From positions 12,465 through 76,464 of IMG/VR virus record IMGVR_UViG_3300028048_000123: 64,000 nt of DNA; one strand, given 5' to 3'. Made by a program: the position numbers and the translations under genes. The notes under the pieces are model-generated. The model was not told the origin of the DNA and ran no database searches. It was given only the letters and a program-made list of their open reading frames with translations. Below, in pieces: positions 32,655-41,917 of this stretch. The stretch is from a virus (taxonomy: Duplodnaviria > Caudoviricetes). Numbering within the stretch: the first letter of the stretch is position 1; the number at the start of each line of letters is the position of its first letter.

Positions 32655-33045
32655 TCTTCTGTAATTGTCCTCTATTAACATTATATTGCTTAATTACTGG
32701 TATTATTTTTAAGTACATATCCATTGCATCATCTTTTTGTTTTGCTGTTAGATCCCCAAGTTTTTTAACTGCATCTGTTAAAGTCATCATGTCAATATTT
32801 ACATATTGATAAATCAACAATGCATTAGTTAAAACTGCAAAATCCTTTTCAGATGGAATAGTAATTGTTTTTCCGGCAAAATAAGTTAATAGTCTTGTTA
32901 AATTGCTGCCATCCAAAAGATAGCATAATTCACTTAATACTGCATATTCTGGAATATCTTGCACTTTGTATAAGCAAAATAACATTAGTGAATATACATC
33001 TGATAGGTGCAAGGAATTTAGGTTTGCTTTAATGCTAGTCTTCAT
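32644..33045 (-). CDS. Putative Mor-like transcription activator
   Basis: LSELCYLLDGSNLTRLLTYFAGKTITIPS resembles the Mor-family L..FGG..IYIP segment. Confidence 0.45.
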   Translation of the reverse strand: MKTSIKANLNSLHLSDVYSLMLFCLYKVQDIPEYAVLSELCYLLDGSNLTRLLTYFAGKTITIPSEKDFAVLTNALLIYQYVNIDMMTLTDAVKKLGDLTAKQKDDAMDMYLKIIPVIKQYNVNRGQLQKNGK

Positions 33046-33856
33046 AGTTATCCTCCATAGGTGTAGAAAGCATATTCTTTAGCTCAGAATCTGAAATACT
33101 TGGAAAAGCTTCCTGGTAGTCTTCAATAATTTCTGTCTTTAGTTGTGTGTAGAATTCTCTTAGTAGGATTCTCACATAGCTTCCCATAGACTTAGGTAAC
33201 TTTCATAAGACTACTGCTGCTGGCTCTACGTTTAGCTTTTTATCAGCTTGAACAGTAAAATAGCAATTCAAAAGCAATGAAATCTTAATTCTCTTGTGTT
33301 CTATAGTCCCTGGCCCAAATGGTGACTTCTCTAAAATCTTATCAATGATTCTCCCAGCCCCATTAATAGTAAACTTTAACTGCTTAATAAAGTCTTCCAT
33401 AGCACCTTCTGTATAAATCATTTGGCTCTTTAGTCTTTCTGTAAAAGCATAAGCATCAAACTTTTGAGAAGTATACTCATCTGACATAACCTCTCTGAAA
33501 GTCTCGTTTTGATACTCAACCTTCATAGGATACATCAATTTCTTCATATAGTTTAAGCAAGACTTAATAGGTCTAATTTCTTTCCCCTTAATAATCTTGC
33601 CCCTATTGATTATGTTTTTTCTTAAAGCAAAAAATAATCTGTTTGCAGCATGGAAGGCAAATGGGTCATAGTCTTCAAAGCTGTCAAACATGCACTTTTT
33701 AATAGCAAGTGCTTTAACAATAAGTCATAAATAGTTGTAAATTGTATTTTCAATTTCTGGGTTAGATCCTGCTGGCACTAACTTGTCCATGTTTTCATCA
33801 ATATACATGCACAACTCCGTATACTTCATTCCATCAGGCTTTTTCCAAAGCATCAT
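33035..33856 (-). CDS. Hypothetical protein, 273 aa (joined through TGA 33725 and 33203)
   Basis: Open from ATG 33856 (AAGGAG RBS) to TAG 33035 when TGA is read as W (NYL-W-LIV, VVL-W-KLP). Confidence 0.7.
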
Positions 33857-33887
33857 AAAAAAATTCTCCTTAAAAAATTATCACTAT

Positions 33888-33899
33888 TATATTATACAG
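33888..33899 (-). promoter_or_regulatory. Sigma70-type -10 promoter
   Basis: CTGTATAATATA upstream of 33856. Confidence 0.55.
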
Positions 33900-33926
33900 T
33901 AAAAAATTATAAAATAATTTTTTACA

Positions 33927-35807
33927 TTAAGCGGCACAGATTTCACTTATGCCATCAACTGACTTTATAATCTTAATTTCTGAGTCAATAGGGATTTCCA
34001 AGCTTTCCGAGTGATGTGAAATAATGAATACAGACTCAATATTTTGTAGCTGTGTAGTAACTAAATTCATAACTGCGCTACAGCTCTTACTGTCAAGATA
34101 GTCAGTAATTTCATCTAGCACTAAGATATTAGAAGTATAGCCAAAATATGAGCACATTAGGTCTCTAATACTTAGCTGAATAATCAAGTCGCATCTTTGT
34201 CTTTCGCCACCTGACAGGTTATCAAGCATTTTACCACAATACTTAATATCTAAGTTATTTCCATCTAAATAAATAGAAAGCTCCTTAGTGCCAAAAACTA
34301 TTTGGCAGTATTCCTTAGCTTTTGTATCTAAAAATTGAATAATGTTTTGTAATAAATAGCCTCTAAAATCACGCTTTATTAAAGTATCCATTTTCTTTAG
34401 CACAGCACTGTGCTCAGAAAGTCTTAATTTTTCAGCATTAAATGTTTCTAAAGATTTATCTAGCTTTTCAATAGCTTTTATATTGCTATCAATTTGCTCG
34501 TCAATAGTCTTCAAAGTAGCTTCATGAGTTGTATAGCTATCTACTAAGCTCTTTAAATCTCCTTCTGCTGTCAAATGTGCTTGGTATAAATAATCGCTAT
34601 CATCTTGTTCTTTTTGCTTATCTTTAGCTAATTGTTTAAGCTCATCGTCAATAGTTTTTAGTGCATCTTCGTACTTTTTAGTAATTGCTGCTCTATCTGC
34701 ATTATATTTAGTATCTAGCGCGGTTTTTTGATCTTGTAGCTTATTTATTTCTTCAGCTAATAATTTGCCCTTGTTTCTTTGCTCAGTTGTATCTGGTTTA
34801 TGAGCTCCTGGTATCTTTTGTCCGCAAGTAGGGCAAGTATCTTTAATAGCTTCAAGTCTTTGTATTTCGTTAGCTAATAAGCTTGCTTCTGCATACTTAG
34901 CTGAATAACTTTCATCAAGTTTTGGCTTTTCTGCTCTATATTTTTCATCAACTTTATTAAGCTCTTCATTTTGGGCTGTAATTAGAGTGCTTTTCTTTGC
35001 AAGCTCCTTAGTTGTGGCCTCATCTATCTCTTTAATAGCCTTTACAATAGCTTCTCTATCCTTTTTGTTTTGTTTTAGAAACTCTGTAAGCTCTCCTATT
35101 CTTTGTTTCATAGCAGATAGGTCTTGTGCCTCAACTTTAGTTTTTTTGTCCTTTAATTGGTCAATTTGGGCTTCATATAGGCCTTTTTGAGAGTTAGCTT
35201 GAATAATAGACTTATTATTATCAGTTTCTTGACCGCCAATAACAGCTTGTCTATCGCTTAGTCTTGTTTTAATATCTTCAAGCATAAAATCAGACTTAGT
35301 TAGCTTCTCTAAAAGCTCTTTTCTACCGCTTGGGCTGAAAGATGAGAATTTAGCTGGCATACCTTGTCCTAAAAGTATTGTTGAAGCTATTAAATCTCTA
35401 TTTAGATCAGGCAACATTTCTTCGAGCTTTTTACTTGACTCTTTAATGCCCTTTCCTGATACATTTATGTCATTTTGAATAATTGTTAAATCTGATTTAG
35501 GTGCAATATATCTTGTAATTACATAGTTATCTTTATTATAGCTAAATGAAAGCTCTACATAGCTATCTGGCTCATCATTAAAGATATTCTTTAGATTAGT
35601 ATGTAAGCCACTTATAGTCATTCCTGTAATAGCAAAGCAAATAGCACTAAAAGCAGCCGATTTTCCAGCTCCATTACTCTTAGCATTATCCTTTGCATAG
35701 TTATTTTCACCTGTAATTAAGCAGAAACCCTTGTTTTGTAGGTCAAATTCTGCATGGTTGTAACTTAAAAAGTTATGTAAAACTACTTTTTTAAATATCA
35801 GTCCCAT
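33927..35807 (-). CDS. sbcC: SbcC/Rad50-like SMC ATPase (gp46-like)
   Basis: NGAGKS Walker A, CPTCG hook, LSGGE signature, LVLDE Walker B. Confidence 0.92.
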   Translation of the reverse strand: MGLIFKKVVLHNFLSYNHAEFDLQNKGFCLITGENNYAKDNAKSNGAGKSAAFSAICFAITGMTISGLHTNLKNIFNDEPDSYVELSFSYNKDNYVITRYIAPKSDLTIIQNDINVSGKGIKESSKKLEEMLPDLNRDLIASTILLGQGMPAKFSSFSPSGRKELLEKLTKSDFMLEDIKTRLSDRQAVIGGQETDNNKSIIQANSQKGLYEAQIDQLKDKKTKVEAQDLSAMKQRIGELTEFLKQNKKDREAIVKAIKEIDEATTKELAKKSTLITAQNEELNKVDEKYRAEKPKLDESYSAKYAEASLLANEIQRLEAIKDTCPTCGQKIPGAHKPDTTEQRNKGKLLAEEINKLQDQKTALDTKYNADRAAITKKYEDALKTIDDELKQLAKDKQKEQDDSDYLYQAHLTAEGDLKSLVDSYTTHEATLKTIDEQIDSNIKAIEKLDKSLETFNAEKLRLSEHSAVLKKMDTLIKRDFRGYLLQNIIQFLDTKAKEYCQIVFGTKELSIYLDGNNLDIKYCGKMLDNLSGGERQRCDLIIQLSIRDLMCSYFGYTSNILVLDEITDYLDSKSCSAVMNLVTTQLQNIESVFIISHHSESLEIPIDSEIKIIKSVDGISEICAA

Positions 35808-36279
35808 CTATAGTATCTCCTAATTCCATCCAACTTTGCATATTTGTGCTAACTAAAGCCCAAAATGTATTCCAATGTTGCTCTGACTCAACTAAATAGT
35901 CTGTCATAGCACCGATAAAAGACCTTCCATTTTTTGGTTGAACATCTGCTTTGGCTTTATCTATGTCAAAATACTTATTTATGCAGTCAGTATAATCTGT
36001 AATTTCTGAAACAGCCGAAGTAAGTGAAGCTATTTTAATGCTATTCTTAGTATTCTTTTCTTCACTTGTTAAAATGTAATAATCTCGCATAAATTTTAAA
36101 TACGTAATAAAATAATCCATTGGATTCATAAATTCTTTATATGCTTCCTTATGTGCTTTCTTTAATTGCTTGTCATAAAGCTTATATAATTTATGATATT
36201 TTTTTTCAAAAGTCTTAGCTCTACTCATTATTCGCTCCTGTCTTGTTTTAACCACCAAGTTGTCTTGTAGCCAATCCAT
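35791..36279 (-). CDS. Hypothetical protein
   Basis: 162-aa ORF overlapping its neighbours. Confidence 0.6.
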   Translation of the reverse strand: MDWLQDNLVVKTRQERIMSRAKTFEKKYHKLYKLYDKQLKKAHKEAYKEFMNPMDYFITYLKFMRDYYILTSEEKNTKNSIKIASLTSAVSEITDYTDCINKYFDIDKAKADVQPKNGRSFIGAMTDYLVESEQHWNTFWALVSTNMQSWMELGDTIDGTDI

Positions 36280-36560
36280 AAGAAATCATGATGTTCACAT
36301 CTATTGTCAACATTTTCTGTTCTAATAAAATCTTTTTCAATCCATATTATTCTCCACCAATTGCTATTTTTGTCAAAAATATAGGAATTATTATGTAATT
36401 GACATCTAACTTCAAGCGGACAACTTACTTGTTCTTCTAAATCTTCTAATTTGCCTAATTTATTAACTAATTGCTCCTCAGATAGGTAACAATATCCTTG
36501 TTCATCTTGCTTATATTCATAGCGTCCCAAATCTTTTCTAAACTCTGTTAATCTTTCCAT
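36228..36560 (-). CDS. Hypothetical protein, paralog of 36560..36895
   Basis: Shared LEDLEEQVSCPLEV / LKLEYEFGCPVEV and terminal W(W/F)LK.DRSE. Confidence 0.6.
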   Translation of the reverse strand: MERLTEFRKDLGRYEYKQDEQGYCYLSEEQLVNKLGKLEDLEEQVSCPLEVRCQLHNNSYIFDKNSNWWRIIWIEKDFIRTENVDNRCEHHDFLWIGYKTTWWLKQDRSE

Positions 36561-36895
36561 TATTCACTCCTATCGTCTTTTAAAAACCAAGAACCTGTAT
36601 ATTCACACCAAAAATAGCAATTATCCAATCCTTGTCTGTCTGATTCTGTTTCAAAATAAATACTCCAAACTTTTTTAATATCATAATAGCAATTATCATG
36701 TGGATTAAATACTTTACCTTGTTTAATTGCTTTAAGTATAACTTCTACTGGACAGCCAAATTCATACTCTAGTTTTAGTAAATTCTCTATATAGTCTAGT
36801 AAGTCTCTATAGTCACTGCTTAATTCTGCACCCTCTTTACGAGGCTCTGTTATACAAGAGGCTTTTATTATCTCAAATCTATCTAATCTATTCAT
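36560..36895 (-). CDS. Hypothetical protein, paralog of 36228..36560
   Basis: Shared motifs with the neighbouring ORF; TAATG coupling. Confidence 0.6.
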   Translation of the reverse strand: MNRLDRFEIIKASCITEPRKEGAELSSDYRDLLDYIENLLKLEYEFGCPVEVILKAIKQGKVFNPHDNCYYDIKKVWSIYFETESDRQGLDNCYFWCEYTGSWFLKDDRSE

Positions 36896-37944
36896 TATTT
36901 ACAAATCTCTGCTAATTCTTGATCTAAAACAGCCGTATTTTCAATGCTTTGTCTGCAACACTTCTCAAACTCGGCTATATGATTAATTGCTAAGTCCTTA
37001 ATGTCTAATGTAATAGCATCTGTGTCTAAAGCTGTTTGTACTAAAACTATTCTTGACTCAACTATCTTATCTGAAAGTGAAGCTAGCACTTCTTTTGCTT
37101 TTTCAGTTAAGCTTGCAGCACATCTAACTGATAAAACTGCATTATCTTTAACACTCTTTAGGATTTCTAAATCTTCTTCCTTCAAAACATCAAACTTATA
37201 GAAGTTCAAACTATAAGGGTTCTCAAAGAATTCAAGTTTTAAGGTATCTGTGTCTAGTACCCAGGCTCCATATTTATAATTTAATGAATCATTTGTGAAA
37301 TTATGAGCTGATAAACTACCTAAATTCAAAACATTTTTAGTTATAAAGTCTTGATTATGTAAGTGCCCATTTAAAGTTAAATCAAATTGTTTAGATAAAT
37401 CCTCATAAGGAAACCCTATTTTACTAATAAATCCACCGTAGTTAATTCCTTGAATATCAACATGTGAAAATAGTATATATTTATCGCCTTCATCTAGCTT
37501 AAAGTAGCTTTCAAGTGGCTTTCTGTCTGACTCTGTTACATATGGTAAAAAACAAAACCATGTATTAGGGCTAAAAGCATCGATAGGTGTTATACAAGGC
37601 TCATCAATAATAAAGTGGTTTCTTTCGCCTAGACCTAACACATTTAAAGTGCTAAATTGTAAGTCCATCGTACTTGATTCATGATTTCCACAAACAAAAT
37701 ATTTATCAAGCTCATTCCACTCTATTTCTTTTAAAGCTGTTACTTCTTCATCATTAATTATATCTTTATCAAAGAAGTCGCCACAGCATACCATAGCTCC
37801 GCAAGCTTGTTCTATGGCTAAGTCATTAACCCAATTCATACTCTTAATAAGATACTCAAGTCTTTGGCTATATTTAGCGCCACGCTTAGTAACTATTGAA
37901 GACTTCTTGTTCCAATGCACATCCGTAAATACGCAGATCTTCAT
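36895..37944 (-). CDS. sbcD: SbcD/Mre11-like metallophosphoesterase nuclease (gp47-like)
   Basis: TDVHW, CGDFFD, CGNHE, FSHVD, NGHLH. Confidence 0.9.
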   Translation of the reverse strand: MKICVFTDVHWNKKSSIVTKRGAKYSQRLEYLIKSMNWVNDLAIEQACGAMVCCGDFFDKDIINDEEVTALKEIEWNELDKYFVCGNHESSTMDLQFSTLNVLGLGERNHFIIDEPCITPIDAFSPNTWFCFLPYVTESDRKPLESYFKLDEGDKYILFSHVDIQGINYGGFISKIGFPYEDLSKQFDLTLNGHLHNQDFITKNVLNLGSLSAHNFTNDSLNYKYGAWVLDTDTLKLEFFENPYSLNFYKFDVLKEEDLEILKSVKDNAVLSVRCAASLTEKAKEVLASLSDKIVESRIVLVQTALDTDAITLDIKDLAINHIAEFEKCCRQSIENTAVLDQELAEICK

Positions 37945-38537
37945 TAGTTTTCGTCTCCCATGTAGCTTGCTGCTAATTCTGCCATATGTGTTAGTAGCAC
38001 TAACTTATAAGATTGCATAATATCATAGATGTCAGCTGTCTTAAAGCCGTCTTCCATACCTAAAGTAGCATGTACAATAGCTTCAATGTGTTCGTCTGAA
38101 AGCTCTGTGAAGTATTTAGCTATCATATAAGAGCTGAAACCTAGTGTTCCAAAAGTTGGTCTTACATCTTTAACCTTGTATTCAACTCTTGTTTCCCATT
38201 TACCTGTTTCGTCATTCTTAATGTTTCTATTATACTTTTCATATAGCTCAGCTTTATAGATGTCCTTGAATAAAGCAACCTTAATAATGTCTTGCTCAGT
38301 ATATTTGCCTGGATGATAGGCATTGCATAACATTGTTAGCTCATTGTATAAAGCTAAAGCATGCTCACAAAGACCACCAGCATATGCTCCAACATATTTT
38401 GTTGTATATGGTGCATTAAAATAATCTGCTTTATAAAGATAATTCTTAAAAGCTTCCATATCTGGCACAACTTTTGTAGCTAATGCTAAATATGCTTCAT
38501 TATTCTTAAACTTTCTGTCATCTGTTAAAATAGCCAT
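37944..38537 (-). CDS. HD-domain-like protein, degenerate
   Basis: APYTTKYVGAYAGGLCEH segment typical of phage HD hydrolases; the HD position reads FKD. Confidence 0.55.
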   Translation of the reverse strand: MAILTDDRKFKNNEAYLALATKVVPDMEAFKNYLYKADYFNAPYTTKYVGAYAGGLCEHALALYNELTMLCNAYHPGKYTEQDIIKVALFKDIYKAELYEKYNRNIKNDETGKWETRVEYKVKDVRPTFGTLGFSSYMIAKYFTELSDEHIEAIVHATLGMEDGFKTADIYDIMQSYKLVLLTHMAELAASYMGDEN

Positions 38538-38538
38538 A

Positions 38539-38718
38539 TTATTTACTCTCCTTATTATCATCGACTAATAATTTTATTCTATTAGATAGCTTAATAAAAG
38601 CATCTGCTGGCACTTCCCAATATGTTACTAGACCATTTTGATCAGTGCCTTTACCTTTTACACTATCAGCCATTGCTTGAATAAATTCTTGTATAATATC
38701 GAACTCTCTATTTGTCAT
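38539..38718 (-). CDS. 59-aa hypothetical protein (not in track)
   Basis: MTNREFDIIQEFIQAMADSVKG...; fills the gap between genes. Confidence 0.5.
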   Translation of the reverse strand: MTNREFDIIQEFIQAMADSVKGKGTDQNGLVTYWEVPADAFIKLSNRIKLLVDDNKESK

Positions 38719-38729
38719 TATTTGCTGTC

Positions 38730-39164
38730 CTATTCAATAATAAACTTTACTGCTTTACTTGCATCAATATCTGCATAATAGATTTCATTTGTAAGCATTG
38801 GATCTACCACAACTAATGCTTTACCAGCATCTCCATCAAATTCGCCTGCCATGTAAGGTCCTAAAATTGGCATATCACTACTGCGCTTAAAATCACTATT
38901 AAATGAAATTACTGGCACAAAACTTGCTGGAATAATTAAAATTGGTGCTTTTAAGTCATCTGTTCCTAAAGCCATAACTCCTTTTGTAAATAGCTTATTA
39001 ACATAACCTGCATAAGCATCTAGCTTTGATTTAGCACCAACTAATGAATCTCTCCAGTGTGGCACTTTTCTTTCTAAATCAGGTGTTGCATAAGCTTTAA
39101 TATCATCTAAAGCATTTGTCAAAGCTGTATAGTTAATTTCTTCCCATAATTCTTTTGCTGTCAT
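38730..39164 (-). CDS. Stand-alone paralog of the central/C-terminal segment of the major capsid protein
   Basis: WRDSLVGAKSKLDAYAGYV aligns with MCP WSKTLPIGVSKFEHYNGFL; GPYMAGEFDG with GPYKVGELDG. Confidence 0.75.
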   Translation of the reverse strand: MTAKELWEEINYTALTNALDDIKAYATPDLERKVPHWRDSLVGAKSKLDAYAGYVNKLFTKGVMALGTDDLKAPILIIPASFVPVISFNSDFKRSSDMPILGPYMAGEFDGDAGKALVVVDPMLTNEIYYADIDASKAVKFIIE

Positions 39165-39165
39165 A

Positions 39166-39963
39166 TTATTTATTCTCCTTCTTAAACTTATTTTTCAAAG
39201 ACTCAAGTGTTTTTTCTGTGTTTTTAACATTATATTTTGTGCATTTGCCAATAGCATACACATTGTCAACTCCTGGAATAAGCCCATTTTCAACAATTAT
39301 ATAACCTTCTTCATCAAGCTTCAGCATTCTACTAGAAAAAGTTGCTGTATCTGGCTTTTTTCCTAATGATACATACAAAGCATCACAAGGAAGTTCTGCT
39401 AATGTACTCAAGTAGACTTTATTTAGCTTACCATCAACATCATATTCATAGCTTTGTATTTTGCTCATTGGTAAATAGCTTATATTATCATATCTTGGCT
39501 CAATTTGTTTCTCAACCAGCTGAGCTAAGCTGTTGCTTTCTTCACAAATAAATACTTTATCTGCTTTTCTTGAGATAGAAATAGCTTCATTTATTGTATT
39601 AGCATTATTACCAAAGACAACTACATTTTTTGCGCCTTTTTTAATAGCTTTTACATTATAATATACATTATTATCTGGTTCATTCATCAATTTTGTTGCA
39701 ATTTGTCCTGTAGCAAAGACCAAATTTTTAGCTAAATAAGCCTCTGTATAAGAAATAATAGCTACAGCAACCCCATATGAATACTGTGCATCAACAACTG
39801 TCCTCTCAATAGCTTCAACACCCTTTACTTGCTTAGATACTGTACTGCTAATAAGTAAGATTTTAAGCTCAGAATTTAACTTATAGAGCTCTTTTATAAG
39901 ATCTAGCCCTTCTTGACTTTCACCAATAACTATTAAATCATAAATTAAACCATTTAATGCCAT
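39166..39963 (-). CDS. Thioredoxin-reductase-like flavoprotein fold, degenerate
   Basis: YDLIVIG start, LVFATG, KNVVVFG, LKLDEEGYIIV, GVDNVYAIG; Gly-rich motifs and CxxC are lost. Confidence 0.65.
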   Translation of the reverse strand: MALNGLIYDLIVIGESQEGLDLIKELYKLNSELKILLISSTVSKQVKGVEAIERTVVDAQYSYGVAVAIISYTEAYLAKNLVFATGQIATKLMNEPDNNVYYNVKAIKKGAKNVVVFGNNANTINEAISISRKADKVFICEESNSLAQLVEKQIEPRYDNISYLPMSKIQSYEYDVDGKLNKVYLSTLAELPCDALYVSLGKKPDTATFSSRMLKLDEEGYIIVENGLIPGVDNVYAIGKCTKYNVKNTEKTLESLKNKFKKENK

Positions 39964-39965
39964 AA

Positions 39966-40925
39966 TTATACTAAATGATGCTTCCTTTTAAAGTTTTCCA
40001 TTATAACTGGGTGCATGCTCATGCCTAACCATTCATTTTCCTTGCCAAACATCTTTCTATCTTTTGTCCATAAGCTATAATATGGGCATAAGTTATATTG
40101 CTTATTGGCAGGATCCTTGCCAAACTCGCTTGTTCTGCTGAATTCACACCAAGCACAAAGTGGACAAGGTGCTGGTTTCCAATCTTTTCCTTCAATGCCT
40201 AAGAAAAGCTCATCAAGCTTCTTGATTCCGCGGTCTACATAGCCTTTTGTGCCTGCATCTTGAACCATATCACATAGTGGTAAGTCATATTGGCAGCTTA
40301 TATCAGCAAAATTAGCCTTATACTTCTCAGCCATAGCTAGTGTATAGACTACAAATTGCAAAGGTGTAGTCAATTTATCCTTATCAAGTGGCACTGCATA
40401 AGACTTTATATCTTGCACAATAAATTGTTTTGTATCTTTGTTATAAAATATTCTATCTATAAAGCCATGGAACAGATATTTGCCATTAAATAAGAAGTCA
40501 AACTCAACTTCACAACCAATAATCTCATATTCAGGGTGCTTTTTCATCAAAGTTTCTAGTCTGTATATCCCTGAAGTTAAGTATTCAATAGCTTTATCAT
40601 CATAAGTTCTATTAGACTTATCTTTTTCCATCCAAGCTTTTGTATATTTGGCTTTTAATTCAGCAGATCTTATGCTAAAATTATGCTTTAATGCTATATA
40701 ATCAATAGTCTGTCCATCTTTAATAGCATTTCCAATAGCTTCTTCTGTTTCATGAATAAGTGTTCCAAATTCTGTAGCAATACTGTCAAATGGCACATAA
40801 TTTCCATCTACATATTTTAATTTATAATGAAATGGACAGTTCTTATAAGTATCGATTTTAGAATAAGAATACTTTTCTTGCTTCTTTTCAGGTTCTAATA
40901 TTTCTGTTTTTAACTCTTCACTCAT
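39966..40925 (-). CDS. PD-(D/E)XK RecB/AddB/Cas4-like exonuclease
   Basis: SYSKIDTYKNCP, GFIDRI, VQDIKS, C-terminal CPLCAWCEF...CPY. Confidence 0.8.
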   Translation of the reverse strand: MSEELKTEILEPEKKQEKYSYSKIDTYKNCPFHYKLKYVDGNYVPFDSIATEFGTLIHETEEAIGNAIKDGQTIDYIALKHNFSIRSAELKAKYTKAWMEKDKSNRTYDDKAIEYLTSGIYRLETLMKKHPEYEIIGCEVEFDFLFNGKYLFHGFIDRIFYNKDTKQFIVQDIKSYAVPLDKDKLTTPLQFVVYTLAMAEKYKANFADISCQYDLPLCDMVQDAGTKGYVDRGIKKLDELFLGIEGKDWKPAPCPLCAWCEFSRTSEFGKDPANKQYNLCPYYSLWTKDRKMFGKENEWLGMSMHPVIMENFKRKHHLV

Positions 40926-40949
40926 TAATTGTCTCCTAAATAGCTTATT

Positions 40950-40970
40950 TGGGCTCATTATAAGCCCATT
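40950..40970. repeat. 21-bp imperfect palindrome, copy 2
   Basis: Identical to 1890-1910. Confidence 0.85.
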
Positions 40971-41011
40971 GTCAAGTGTTTTGCTACCTTACAGCTAATT
41001 TATCGGCTTTT

Positions 41012-41914
41012 TTAAATCAAGCAGCCACATAAGACATAATCCAATAGAGCATCTTTTGAGATGTCTAAGGCACCTGTCTTTAGTTTATTATCAATATCTG
41101 ATAAAAACTCTATTTTATTCATTAAATACTCTTGTGAATACTTAATATCTTTGTCATAATACTTCGTTGCATTAAACTCTTTTGGTGTAAGGCCTGCACC
41201 TTTAGCATAAAATGCAAAAAGCACACTCTTTAGCTTCTTTAATACTAAGCTAGTAATTGGAAAGACGTCAAAATCGCAGCTTTCTTTATGCTTTAAGAAG
41301 TCTAAAACTACATAAAGCTTTCTTCTAACTACTGCATCTGATAGCTCAAATACTTGCATATTAAATAAGTCGCTATTTTCTGCTTCTTTCATAGCTATTA
41401 GTATATCTCTTTGCTCTTCTGGCTTAAATAGCTTCAGCTTATCAAGCTCAGTTTGCACTTTATACATGTTATTTTTACAAGCGCCAACTAACCATTTAAT
41501 ATCTTCATCAGTTAAACCTTGTATTTGTGTTTTAATAAAAGCTTCCATTTGCCAATCTTCAACTTTTGGAAACTTTACAACAAAATCTGATACAACTGCT
41601 TCAACTTTTTTGTCAATCTTATCACAAATTACTACAACATTCTTAAAATTATAATAACCTTTATATAATTCTTCAAACTTTTCAACTCTTAAGACTGATA
41701 AAGTCGTATCTGGGTCTAACATAAAGCCTGCTACATTATTTGAATAAGAAGACAAGCTTTGAATAGCATTCAGTGCAAGGTTTTTTCTTTGGCTAATTTC
41801 AGCTATATATTGATCGGCTAAGAACTTAGCATTATCATCAGCACAAATAAAGACAAGTAAGTCATCTGATAGCTTATCTTCAGTAATATACTCTTTTAAA
41901 TCAATAATATCCAT
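41012..41914 (-). CDS. holA: Clamp-loader delta-like subunit
   Basis: CKNNMYKVQTELDKLKL and VFELSDAVV motifs; adjacent to delta' and dnaX. Confidence 0.65.
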   Translation of the reverse strand: MDIIDLKEYITEDKLSDDLLVFICADDNAKFLADQYIAEISQRKNLALNAIQSLSSYSNNVAGFMLDPDTTLSVLRVEKFEELYKGYYNFKNVVVICDKIDKKVEAVVSDFVVKFPKVEDWQMEAFIKTQIQGLTDEDIKWLVGACKNNMYKVQTELDKLKLFKPEEQRDILIAMKEAENSDLFNMQVFELSDAVVRRKLYVVLDFLKHKESCDFDVFPITSLVLKKLKSVLFAFYAKGAGLTPKEFNATKYYDKDIKYSQEYLMNKIEFLSDIDNKLKTGALDISKDALLDYVLCGCLI

Positions 41915-41917
41915 AGC

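Noticed and set aside
36228-36895. Tandem paralogous small ORFs
   Set aside because: Real, but such small duplicated accessory genes are common in Bacillota phages; nothing further is visible.
39966-40925. Cas4-like gene as part of a CRISPR-Cas system
   Set aside because: No repeat-spacer array or other cas genes; stand-alone RecB/Cas4-like nucleases are common in phage recombination modules.
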